The notes under the pieces: generated by a model
Seen by the model: the letters and a program-made list of their open reading frames with translations, nothing else
What the model was told of the DNA's origin: nothing
Database searches by the model: none
Translations under genes and position numbers: made by a program
From: Armatimonadota bacterium
Lineage (GTDB): Bacteria; Armatimonadota; Zipacnadia; Zipacnadales; UBA11051
Assembly: GCA_013178155.1 (NCBI GenBank)
Contig: JABLXH010000015.1
Location: 4,233-68,232 of the forward strand
Direction of reading: 5' to 3'
DNA length: 64,000 bases
Shown here: in pieces, positions 9,734-18,583 of the stretch
Layout: each line of letters begins with the position of its first letter
How positions within the stretch are numbered: the first letter of the stretch is position 1

Positions 9734-9854
9734 GGGCCTTTCCCCGTCAGGTATTGCCACCACCCCGGCAGCCGAGGGTTCGGCAGCGGTCAGGCGGGCA
9801 CCTGCCGCCCAATGCCAACGAGGAGTCGCTGACTGGCGAGGGAATAGAGCTGAC

Positions 9855-10457
9855 ATGGCCTTCCTCGAGCTTGCCCGCAAGCGCCGCAGTGTCCGTCACT
9901 ACCGCCCCGACCCCGTACCGCCGGAGCTCATTGAGCAGGTGCTCGAGGCTGGCCGCTGGGCCCCCAGCGCCTGTAACAGCCAGCCCTGGGAGTTCATTGT
10001 CGTCACGGACCCGCAGGTGCGCGAGGCCATCTACCAACTGGCCAACGTGGTGGGACTGAAGTGGCCCCACCTGCGCTCAGCCCCGGTGACTATCGTCGTC
10101 TGCGCCCGGCGCCTGACGCCCTACTCCCGCGACGACGCCATCTTCGCCGCCCAGAACATGTTGCTGTGCGCCACCGACCTGGGCCTGGGGACCTGCTGGA
10201 TCGGGGGCTTTAATGAAAGCAAGATGAAGCGCCTGCTGTCGGTGCCAGAGAGTTACCTGCTGCCAGGGATGTTCACCCTGGGCTATCCTGCCACTGAGCC
10301 GGCGCCACCGCCCCGCCGCGAACTGACAGAGATGACTCACACTGAGACCTACCAGCGGCGGGGTCTGGACTTGACCAGGCCGCGGTTCGTCTGGTCGGTT
10401 CTCAAGAAGCTCTTCCGACTGCAAGTCCGCAAGCCCCGCCCACCGACATCCCCGTGA
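9855..10457 (+). CDS. Nitroreductase family protein
   Basis: RRSVRHY, WAPSACNSQPWEFIVV, AQNMLLCATDLGLGTCWIG, LGYP. Confidence 0.93.
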   Translation: MAFLELARKRRSVRHYRPDPVPPELIEQVLEAGRWAPSACNSQPWEFIVVTDPQVREAIYQLANVVGLKWPHLRSAPVTIVVCARRLTPYSRDDAIFAAQNMLLCATDLGLGTCWIGGFNESKMKRLLSVPESYLLPGMFTLGYPATEPAPPPRRELTEMTHTETYQRRGLDLTRPRFVWSVLKKLFRLQVRKPRPPTSP

Positions 10458-10458
10458 T

Positions 10459-13209
10459 TCAGGGCAGCAAAGTTCCCTCCACCAGTGCCCCCAGAGCCTC
10501 GGCTGACAGCGGAGCCACATTGGCGCCTTCGGCCGACAGCAGATAGTCGCAAAACTGTCGCAGCAAGTAGCGGGCCTCCGGCCAGGACTGGTTCAGGTCC
10601 AGCGCCGAGATCAGGAGCCGCCCCTCGCCCACCGAGCCCTCGTAGAGGTAACCCAGCGAGCGTCCAACCGGGTAGGAGTGCAGGACACGGATGATGGGTT
10701 CTACGGCCGTCAGACCCAGGGGCTCCAGGTCCAGGGGCGGCGCCTGTGCCATCAGGCGGAAGAACTGCAAGTCTGCCCACCCTTCGTGAGGGAAGTCGCC
10801 GAGGGCGCGGTGGTCGGCGATGATTGTGCCGTCATGTCCGTCCTCGTAGGGAGGATAGTTGGCCGGGGGGGTGAAGTAATAGCGCCCGTCGGTGAGGCCG
10901 AGCTTGCCGTCGAAAGGCCTGAGCAGACCCTCGGAGGCTGCCAGCAGAACCCGTCCCCCCCGATGCAGATGAGACATGAGTGCGTCGTCGAGGCACTCGG
11001 TAAGCACCACGACATCCAGCGGCAAGCTCTCCGACACCGCCTTTGAGACCTCGGTAAGGCTCGCAAGCCAGGTATGCTGCGGCTCGCCGTAACGGGTCGC
11101 CCCCAGCGGCCCGGCGTCGGACGGCAGGAGCCACAGCGCCCACTCATTGCGATAGATCCGCTCGCCCTCGGTGAGGGAGACGCTCAGCGAAGCCCTTGTT
11201 GGCTGCGAGACCGTGGGAACTGCAAGGCTAAGGCGGCCTGCGGCGCAGGTCAGGAAAGGCTCGTGCCCATAGGTCAGTTCACCCTGGGCCAACACCTGGC
11301 CGGATGCCCGAAGCTCCCAGCGGAGACAGGGCTCTCGCAAGGGAGGGTGGCTGAAGTCGGAAACCCAGAAGTCAAGGCCCAGCTCGTCCCCTGGCATCAG
11401 CACGCGGTCTGCGAAGCCAAGACTGCTCAGAATGACTGTGTCGCCGTTCGTCTGCCGCCAGGTAGCCGCGTCCACCACCTTTGGTTCATAGAACTCATTG
11501 ATGATCCCCTGTGGTGACGGATTGGTGTCCATGGCATTGAAGTGACAAATGCCGGCCAGACGCGGGTAGTCGCGGCGACAAGCCTCCATCTTGGCCTTGG
11601 CCTCGGCAAACTGCAGGTGCTGGCTGGTCTCAGCGGCCCGTGGCAGCAGGTGCGCCAGACCGTGTCGAGCTGCGGCGGCCCACGCAGTCTCAGCGCCGTA
11701 AGGTCTCACGGCCCCGTCATAGCGGGACATGAGCCGGACATCAGGGAGTGAACTCCACCAGCGGTACTCGTGCTGGATCAGCGGCTTCTCACACTCGGCT
11801 TCCACACTCGCCTCTGCATTGACGAAATCCTCGGGCAGGGAGTCGTTGTGCCCGCCATCCGTCCAGATGATGAAGGCCGTGGGCTTCAGAGCCTTGGTGT
11901 CGTGGTAGCACTGCCAGGCGATGCGGGGGAAATGAGTGGAGGATCCCAGCTCGTTGCTCATGCAGTAGAGGTTCGCTGAGGGGTGATGGACATCACGCGC
12001 GACGACGAGGTTCCACTGCTCCCGCAGCAGGCGGCGATAGGCGGGCGTCGGGGGCGGCCAGGCATAGACATGCCACTGGGTATGTCCGCCCCAGCCACCG
12101 AGCATGCCCATCTCGCTTTGCACCAACAGGCCCACCTCGTCGGCAACATCGTAGTACTCGGGGCCGTAGACGTAAGACTGGCAGCGGACATAGTTGTAGC
12201 CGTAGTCGCGCAGTGTCCGGAGCTTGCGCCGCCACCGGTCGCGATCGGTGTCGGGGCAGCCCGTCTCGGGGCAGGAGAGGAAATCGCCGGTGCCACGCAT
12301 GTAGTAAGGGTCACCGTTAATGAGGAAGCGCTTATCCGCCGTTGCCAGCTGCACAAAGCCCACTCTCTCGACCATTGCGTCCTGCACCCGTTCGCGGGCC
12401 ACGAGCGCCACCTCCAGCCGGTAGAGGTTGGGACAGTCCGGCGACCAGAGGTGAGGGCCCTGAACACGCAGCCGGACCTCGTTCTCGCCCGGCGCCACCG
12501 GAAACTCGTCGGCAACTACGACCGATCCCGGCTCCGGGCCCAGCGCCAGCCGCAGCCGCAAGGGGGCGTGTGCCGTTCCCTCGATGGTGGCTCTGACAGT
12601 GAGCTCGCCGGTCTTGGCGTCGGCGTGAGTCCAGAGGCGGGCGAGGGTTGCCGTGCCGGTGCCCCGCAGTTCGACCGGCCGGTAGAGCCCCGACCAGTTG
12701 CCCTGCCAGGAGTAAGCAAAGCCCAGTTCCCGGTTGGCCTCGTAGACCCGGACGACCACATCCGCGTCTCTGCCCGGCTGTACCAGGTCCGTCACCTCGA
12801 AAGAGAACGGCACGAAGGGCAGGTCATTGCCGCCTATGCGGTGACCATTGACCCAGACCTCTGCCGACGGGTGGGCTCCCCCGAAGTTGAGCCAAAGGCG
12901 CTCACCGCACCAGTCAGACGGCGGCCGAACCGTCATGGCATACCAGCCGGTGCCGGTGTACGTGGCGCGAAAGGTGCGGGCCTCCAGGCGGAAGTCCCAC
13001 ACCATGTCTTTGCTCTCGTTGCCAAACCCCTGGCCCTGCCAGCAGCCGGGTACGGCAATCGGTTCGGCGATCATGTCCGGACACCGGTACCAGTGCTGAG
13101 CCAGGCCGACCTCGTCCGGGTCCAGGCGGAAGCGCCAGTTTGAGTCCAGGGGGCACCGGGTCTCGGAGTCATGCGCTAACACCGGGTTCACGCGGGCAGG
13201 ACGGATCAA
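10459..13209 (-). CDS. Glycoside hydrolase family 2 protein
   Basis: WRFRLDP, VPGCW, YTGTGWY, LNFGG, LWSPDCPNLY, FLING, GYNYVR, DEVGLLV, HPSANLYCMSNE. Confidence 0.85.
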   Translation of the reverse strand: MIRPARVNPVLAHDSETRCPLDSNWRFRLDPDEVGLAQHWYRCPDMIAEPIAVPGCWQGQGFGNESKDMVWDFRLEARTFRATYTGTGWYAMTVRPPSDWCGERLWLNFGGAHPSAEVWVNGHRIGGNDLPFVPFSFEVTDLVQPGRDADVVVRVYEANRELGFAYSWQGNWSGLYRPVELRGTGTATLARLWTHADAKTGELTVRATIEGTAHAPLRLRLALGPEPGSVVVADEFPVAPGENEVRLRVQGPHLWSPDCPNLYRLEVALVARERVQDAMVERVGFVQLATADKRFLINGDPYYMRGTGDFLSCPETGCPDTDRDRWRRKLRTLRDYGYNYVRCQSYVYGPEYYDVADEVGLLVQSEMGMLGGWGGHTQWHVYAWPPPTPAYRRLLREQWNLVVARDVHHPSANLYCMSNELGSSTHFPRIAWQCYHDTKALKPTAFIIWTDGGHNDSLPEDFVNAEASVEAECEKPLIQHEYRWWSSLPDVRLMSRYDGAVRPYGAETAWAAAARHGLAHLLPRAAETSQHLQFAEAKAKMEACRRDYPRLAGICHFNAMDTNPSPQGIINEFYEPKVVDAATWRQTNGDTVILSSLGFADRVLMPGDELGLDFWVSDFSHPPLREPCLRWELRASGQVLAQGELTYGHEPFLTCAAGRLSLAVPTVSQPTRASLSVSLTEGERIYRNEWALWLLPSDAGPLGATRYGEPQHTWLASLTEVSKAVSESLPLDVVVLTECLDDALMSHLHRGGRVLLAASEGLLRPFDGKLGLTDGRYYFTPPANYPPYEDGHDGTIIADHRALGDFPHEGWADLQFFRLMAQAPPLDLEPLGLTAVEPIIRVLHSYPVGRSLGYLYEGSVGEGRLLISALDLNQSWPEARYLLRQFCDYLLSAEGANVAPLSAEALGALVEGTLLP

Positions 13210-13359
13210 TGCTGCTCACTTCTTTCGCTTTGCAGTATGGGGCGCCAATGCCTTCTTCCACAGGTTCCCGATACCTCTCGGTCCATCTGGTTGGAGGTCT
13301 GAAGCTGGCGTTCCCCGAATGTCCCGGCGCATCCATCCCCATAGCCACGAGGTCTGAAC

Positions 13360-14763
13360 ATGACGCGACGCTTGGCGTTTGGGCTGTTGCTTCTACTCCT
13401 TCTCGTCTCCATCGCGGGAAGCCAGGACACCGCGGTTTCCTGGCCCATTGCCCCCAGCGTGTCCTATACGCAGGAGCGGCTGGCGGAGGGGCCGTGGGAG
13501 GTGCGCGTGGTGCGTGTGGCCCGCGGACAACCGCTGGTCCGGCTGGACATGGCCCTGGGCCAGGGGCAACTGCGCGGGGTCGAACCGTTGTCTCGCCTGG
13601 TGGCTCGCGAGACCACTGAAAGCGACTACGTGATCGCCGGGTTCAACGGGGATTTCTTCGTCATGGCCGGGAACCCCAACGCCGGGCTGTGCAGTGGGCT
13701 CTGCATCCGGGGCAACGAACTGATAATGACCGCCCGCGGTAACCCCGCCTTCGCGGTCATGGCCGACGGCACCCCACAGATCGGGGTGTTTGACACGACC
13801 GGCACCGTGCGGACGCCGACCGGTGAACTGCCGATCGGTGGTCTCAACCAGCCGCCGGTCGAGGGCGGGATCACCGTCTACACTGCCATCCATGGCTGGC
13901 CGCAAACCGAGGGGGGCGTCGTAGTCGCGGCGACGGGCCTGCCGCTGACACCCAGCGGCACATGGGAAGGGCACGTGACCGGGGTTGTCCCCAACGGTAC
14001 GGAACGGACGGTCGGTGCCGGCGAAGTGTTCCTGCGGGGAGCCGGGGTGAATGAACTCAAGGTCGGCGATGCCGTGACCCTCGAACTGCGGACGCCCGGT
14101 CTGCCGGGCCCGGTCGCCATGGCTGTAGGGGGCAACCGGGTGCTCATGCGCGACGGTCAGGTGCTGACCAGTCCGGCCGACGAAGACCCGCGCCACCCGC
14201 GCACCCTGGTGGGCTACAACGGGAAAGAGATTATCCTGGTGACCGTGGATGGCCGCCAGCCCGGGTGGAGCGTGGGTATGCGGTACCACGAGCTGGCTCT
14301 GCTCATGCAACGCCTGGGTTGCACCGATGCCCTCAACCTGGATGGTGGGGGGTCAACTACCGCCTGGGTGCGCGGGGAAGTGCGTAACCGCCCCTCGGGC
14401 GGCATCGAGCGCTGGATCGCCAACGCGGTGTTGGTCCGCTGCAGTGCTCCCCGGGGGCCGCTGGCCCGGTGGATCATCCGTCCCGAACGTCTCGACGGCC
14501 CGTCTCCCCTGCGGGAGCCGCTGACCATCATCGCCACCGACCGCTGGTACAACCCGGTGCCGCTGGACCTGTCCGGTCTGCAGGTCCGGGCCGAAAGACG
14601 CAGCGGCTGGGGTCTGGTCACCGCGAGGATTGCTGACGGAGTGTTGCGAGTGTCCGGCGGACCGGGGGAGGCAGTGCTGCATCTGAGCCTCCCAGGCGGT
14701 CGTGAGATCGGGGCCATACCGGTGCGGCTGCGACCTGCGCCTGGGGGGCCGAGGCATGAGTGA
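13360..14763 (+). CDS. Phosphodiester glycosidase (NAGPA/DUF2233) family, secreted
   Basis: Signal peptide; AGFNGDFF, RHPRTLVG, VTVDGRQ, ALNLDGGGST. Confidence 0.9.
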   Translation: MTRRLAFGLLLLLLLVSIAGSQDTAVSWPIAPSVSYTQERLAEGPWEVRVVRVARGQPLVRLDMALGQGQLRGVEPLSRLVARETTESDYVIAGFNGDFFVMAGNPNAGLCSGLCIRGNELIMTARGNPAFAVMADGTPQIGVFDTTGTVRTPTGELPIGGLNQPPVEGGITVYTAIHGWPQTEGGVVVAATGLPLTPSGTWEGHVTGVVPNGTERTVGAGEVFLRGAGVNELKVGDAVTLELRTPGLPGPVAMAVGGNRVLMRDGQVLTSPADEDPRHPRTLVGYNGKEIILVTVDGRQPGWSVGMRYHELALLMQRLGCTDALNLDGGGSTTAWVRGEVRNRPSGGIERWIANAVLVRCSAPRGPLARWIIRPERLDGPSPLREPLTIIATDRWYNPVPLDLSGLQVRAERRSGWGLVTARIADGVLRVSGGPGEAVLHLSLPGGREIGAIPVRLRPAPGGPRHE

Positions 14764-15811
14764 TACGATCTACCGTGCCGCGGTCATCGGCCTGGGGTTC
14801 ATCGGCGCCGGCGACGAGGTGCGCGCCGAGGAAATCGGCCAGCGCGTCGTGGACCTGTGCGGCTCGGTGCACAGCGACGTGCTGCAGGCACACCCCCGCA
14901 CGATGCTGGTGGCCGGAGCCAGCCGCGATGCAGGCCGCCGTGAACGCTTTGCACGACGCTTCCCCGCCACCAGGGCCTATGCCGACTACCGCGAGATGCT
15001 GCGGGCTGAGCATCTCGATGTGGTCAGCGTGGCCGCCAACACGCCGGCTCACGCTGAGCTCACTGTGGCCTGCGCCGAGGCCGGCGTGCGCTGCGTCTTT
15101 TGCGAGAAGCCGCTGGCCACCTCGCTGGCCGACGCAGATCGGATGCTTGCCACCTGCGCGGCCCACGGCACGATGCTGGTCGTGAACCACAACCGGCGCT
15201 GGCATCCAACTTATCACGCCGCGCGCCAGGCGCTGGCCGACGGCGCAATTGGCGACGTGGTCTGCGTCTACGCCCACTGGCCCAGCGGGCGGCTCGGAAA
15301 CGTGGGAACCCATGTCTTCGACGCGCTGCACCTGGTGATGCGAGAGCGTATCATCGCCGTCAGCGGCACTCTGGACCGGACGGGTCGGCCCGACTGTCGC
15401 GGGGCGCAGTACCACGATCCCGGCGGCTGGGGGATCGTGCGCTTCGCCGGTGGCACGCACGGCTTTGTCGAGGCCTCCGAGACGCTCCCGGCGCAGGTTG
15501 GCCTCGGGCTAAGGTTCGTGGGGAACACCGGTGAAATGGCGCTCAGCGACCGGGGCTGCCTTGTCACGGTCCATCGCGGCGAGACCGTGCAGGTCGCCGG
15601 CCCGGCTGATGACGTGGTCACGATGCGGCTGGCAGTGGACGAGATCGTGAACGCACTGGACATGGGAACACCACCGACGTCCACCGGGGAGGACGGCCGC
15701 GCCGCGCTGGAAGTCATCATCGGCTTCCACGCCTCCGACCGGCGACAGGGGCAGTGGGTGGACCTGCCGCTCACGGGGCAGGATCGGCAGATAGAGGTCC
15801 AGATTGGTTAG
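14756..15811 (+). CDS. Gfo/Idh/MocA family oxidoreductase
   Basis: IGLGFIG, CEKPLA, NHNRRW, GTHVFD; start overlaps upstream stop. Confidence 0.9.
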   Translation: MSDTIYRAAVIGLGFIGAGDEVRAEEIGQRVVDLCGSVHSDVLQAHPRTMLVAGASRDAGRRERFARRFPATRAYADYREMLRAEHLDVVSVAANTPAHAELTVACAEAGVRCVFCEKPLATSLADADRMLATCAAHGTMLVVNHNRRWHPTYHAARQALADGAIGDVVCVYAHWPSGRLGNVGTHVFDALHLVMRERIIAVSGTLDRTGRPDCRGAQYHDPGGWGIVRFAGGTHGFVEASETLPAQVGLGLRFVGNTGEMALSDRGCLVTVHRGETVQVAGPADDVVTMRLAVDEIVNALDMGTPPTSTGEDGRAALEVIIGFHASDRRQGQWVDLPLTGQDRQIEVQIG

Positions 15812-18561
15812 CGCTCGAGCCTCAGCTCCACGGGCTTCCAGATGCCCGCCGCCCAGTTGTCCTTCTTCACCTTGACCGTTAGCCGCTGAGTCCGCCCCGG
15901 CTTGAGCAGCGGCGTCACCTCCAGGGCGAAGGGCTTGTCCCACATCAGCCCCACGTCCTGCGTCTGCGCGCCCACCCGCTGCCCATCCAGCCACACCCAG
16001 CAGTTACCATCCACCGCCCCGAAGAGCAGCCAGGCCTTTCGTCCCGCCGGGACCGCTGGTGTCTGCAACTCGGTCGTGTACCAGGCCACGCCGTGGTAGT
16101 TGTGGCCCTGGTCCACCCAGGAGGCATCGGTGCGGATGTCGGTCCAGTTGCCGTCCGGCACGGCGGACGCCCAGCCCGCCGCCTCGCCTGCGTCCTCGGG
16201 GTCGGTGCGGAACTTCCAGACCAGCGGCAGCGTGACCAGCAGGTCGCCGGTCATGACGCTTAGCGGCGGGCGGTAATCGCGCCCCAGGCGGTCGTAATAC
16301 CCTACCACCGGCTCGATCTTGTGCTGGTCCACCAGCGCCCAGATGCGGTCCTGCAGCTCCGCCTGGCGCAGGTAGAGGGAGGGGTCCTTCTCGGCGGCCG
16401 CAGTCACCTGGTCCAGCTCGGCGAAGAGCAATGAGTAGCGGAGACGCGCCAGTCGGCCGCGCACGGCGTCATCGTCGGCCAGCGCCTCGGCGCGGTCGAG
16501 GCAGGCGTGGCCGTAGCGCAGAACAGCGGGAGTGAAGCGCGTCATGTCGTTGAAGGAGACGTGGGCGGACGCGGCGTCGCGCACCGACCGCTCCAGCCGT
16601 CGCCAGTACCGCTCCACCTCGGGGCCGGCCTTCCCGTAGACCCGGCGGCAGAAGTCGCTGATGTAGGCGTCCACGTCGGTGTTGACGTCCCACTCCAGCC
16701 TGGCTCGCAGGTTCAGCAGCAGCGGTGAGGCGGTGAAGGTGGTGTCCCACTCGTCGCTCAGCCAGCGGCAGCCGCCGGCGTGGGCCGTGCGCAGGATGTC
16801 GGCCTCGGCTTGGAAGAACGGGCCGGGCGACTCCATGTGGTGATAGTCCAGATAGCGGTACAGCGCCACCGGCGCCAGGCGGCTCCAGCCCTGGAAGCGC
16901 TCCATGCCCTTGGCGTTTGTCGGGCACGAGCGGTCCCTCATGCCATGCCTGAAGCACTGGTCCCACCAGGTCAGCTCGATCATCACATTCCGGCGCGGGA
17001 GCACCCGGTACGGCAACTCACGCGTCGAACCATAGGCGAAGGTCGCGATCCAGCGATCCGGGTACTGCTCCTCAACCAGCTCGGCCACCCGGTTAATGAA
17101 GGTCAGCCAGCGGTCGGTCAGGTGCAGACACTCCAGTCCGTTCTTGCTCCAGTCCTGCGGCACCGGGTCGAGGGCTTTGCAGGCCTCACATTCGCACCAG
17201 TAGTCCGGCTCGTCCTCGGCATTGATGCAGTAGCGCAGGGCCTGCGGGTGGCTGGCGAAGAAGTCACAGATCGCCTCGGCGAAGATGTGCGGCAGGTCGG
17301 GGTTGGAGACGCAGATCTCCGCCGCGCGGCCACTGGAGTGCAGGTGGGTACGCCGGCCCTGCACCAGCGGATAGTACTCGGGATGGCTGGCAAACCACTT
17401 CTCCGGAGGGAGGATGTGGTACAGCGAGTGCCCCGCCACCTCGTCCCGGCTGCCTCCGCGGATGGCGCCGTAGTCCCAGGTGGTGGCATAGGACGCCTTG
17501 AGGCGATTCATGCGGTTGCGTGCCGCCCAATCTATCCACTCCTCCTCGTTGCAGTGCTTCACCGTCCAGTCCGGAGGCGTATGGAAGGCCTGGATGATGT
17601 GGCCACCGCGCAGCTCAAAGCTGGGGCGGTGGACGATGAGTGTCGGAGGCAAGGACAGCTTCTCCACCTTGGGGATGACCTCGCCCAGCGGACCGGGCCA
17701 GCACCAGCGGCAACCCAGGACATGGAAAAGCTCCTGCACCGCGTAGTAAACGCCGCGGGGGCTGTTGCCCAGGCAGACCACGGCCTCCGGGCCGATGTCC
17801 AGGACAATGCCCTCCTCGCCCGCCTCACGAAGCTGCGGACTGTAGTTGCGGCCGGGCGGCACGACGCCCACCCAGACGTAGCGTCCGAAGGTGCCTGATG
17901 GAGCCGCAGACGCCGCCAGAACCGGCGGGGTCTGTCCGGTCATGGCCTGAAAGACGCGCTGCAGTTCCTGGGCCAGGTAACCGTGGTGGGCCAGGGCACC
18001 ATCGGGGATCACGATGCCGCTGATGGGCGGACCGTCGGTCGGGACCTGCCATACGGTGGCGGGCGGCGGCGCCTGGGCCAACTCGACGCTGATGTCGTCG
18101 TAGTAGACGGTGCCCCCGCCCCGGTTCTGCAGGTAGAGGCCGTGTCGCCCGGTGCGGCTGACCGTGAAGTCACGCTCAAAGAGGGTCCATTCGGGCAAGT
18201 CCGACAGGCCTTGGCTGAAGCCCCGGTCGTCGCTGGGCACCCATAGCTGGGCAATGCCCCCACCCTCGGTTCGGACCCAGGCCCGCAGGCGGTAGACCGC
18301 CCCCTCCAGCAGATACAGGTCCGTGGTGTACCAGCGCGCCCAGCCCTCGGTCACGCCCTCCCTGGCACGGATGGCGAGACAACGCTTACCCGAGTGGGCC
18401 TGGTCGCTGATCAGGAATTCGTAGTCGCCCTCCGCGATGTGGTTCTGCCAGCCCAGCGGGCTTTGCCTGCCGCCTGTTTCGATGTCACCGTTGGCGATGA
18501 TGTTCTGGGCCCAGGCGGAGACGGCGCACGCCAGGCCGAGCATGACCGCGACTGCACGCAT
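15808..18561 (-). CDS. Secreted DUF4838-domain protein with N-terminal CBM4/9-like and C-terminal GH2-type sugar-binding domains
   Basis: Signal peptide, NIIANGDIE; LGCRWCWPG, HPEYYPL..R, ICVSNP, WCECEACKALD, TFAY; C-terminal WKFRTDP..YHGVAWY..FGAVD..AGIWKPV. Confidence 0.8.
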   Translation of the reverse strand: MRAVAVMLGLACAVSAWAQNIIANGDIETGGRQSPLGWQNHIAEGDYEFLISDQAHSGKRCLAIRAREGVTEGWARWYTTDLYLLEGAVYRLRAWVRTEGGGIAQLWVPSDDRGFSQGLSDLPEWTLFERDFTVSRTGRHGLYLQNRGGGTVYYDDISVELAQAPPPATVWQVPTDGPPISGIVIPDGALAHHGYLAQELQRVFQAMTGQTPPVLAASAAPSGTFGRYVWVGVVPPGRNYSPQLREAGEEGIVLDIGPEAVVCLGNSPRGVYYAVQELFHVLGCRWCWPGPLGEVIPKVEKLSLPPTLIVHRPSFELRGGHIIQAFHTPPDWTVKHCNEEEWIDWAARNRMNRLKASYATTWDYGAIRGGSRDEVAGHSLYHILPPEKWFASHPEYYPLVQGRRTHLHSSGRAAEICVSNPDLPHIFAEAICDFFASHPQALRYCINAEDEPDYWCECEACKALDPVPQDWSKNGLECLHLTDRWLTFINRVAELVEEQYPDRWIATFAYGSTRELPYRVLPRRNVMIELTWWDQCFRHGMRDRSCPTNAKGMERFQGWSRLAPVALYRYLDYHHMESPGPFFQAEADILRTAHAGGCRWLSDEWDTTFTASPLLLNLRARLEWDVNTDVDAYISDFCRRVYGKAGPEVERYWRRLERSVRDAASAHVSFNDMTRFTPAVLRYGHACLDRAEALADDDAVRGRLARLRYSLLFAELDQVTAAAEKDPSLYLRQAELQDRIWALVDQHKIEPVVGYYDRLGRDYRPPLSVMTGDLLVTLPLVWKFRTDPEDAGEAAGWASAVPDGNWTDIRTDASWVDQGHNYHGVAWYTTELQTPAVPAGRKAWLLFGAVDGNCWVWLDGQRVGAQTQDVGLMWDKPFALEVTPLLKPGRTQRLTVKVKKDNWAAGIWKPVELRLER

Positions 18562-18583
18562 GGTGGCTCTCCTCGATTGTCTG

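Noticed and set aside
9822-9845. GTCGCTGACTGGCGA resembling the start of a ZTP riboswitch
   Set aside because: The rest of the aptamer and the pseudoknot partner are absent, and the segment is too close to the start codon.
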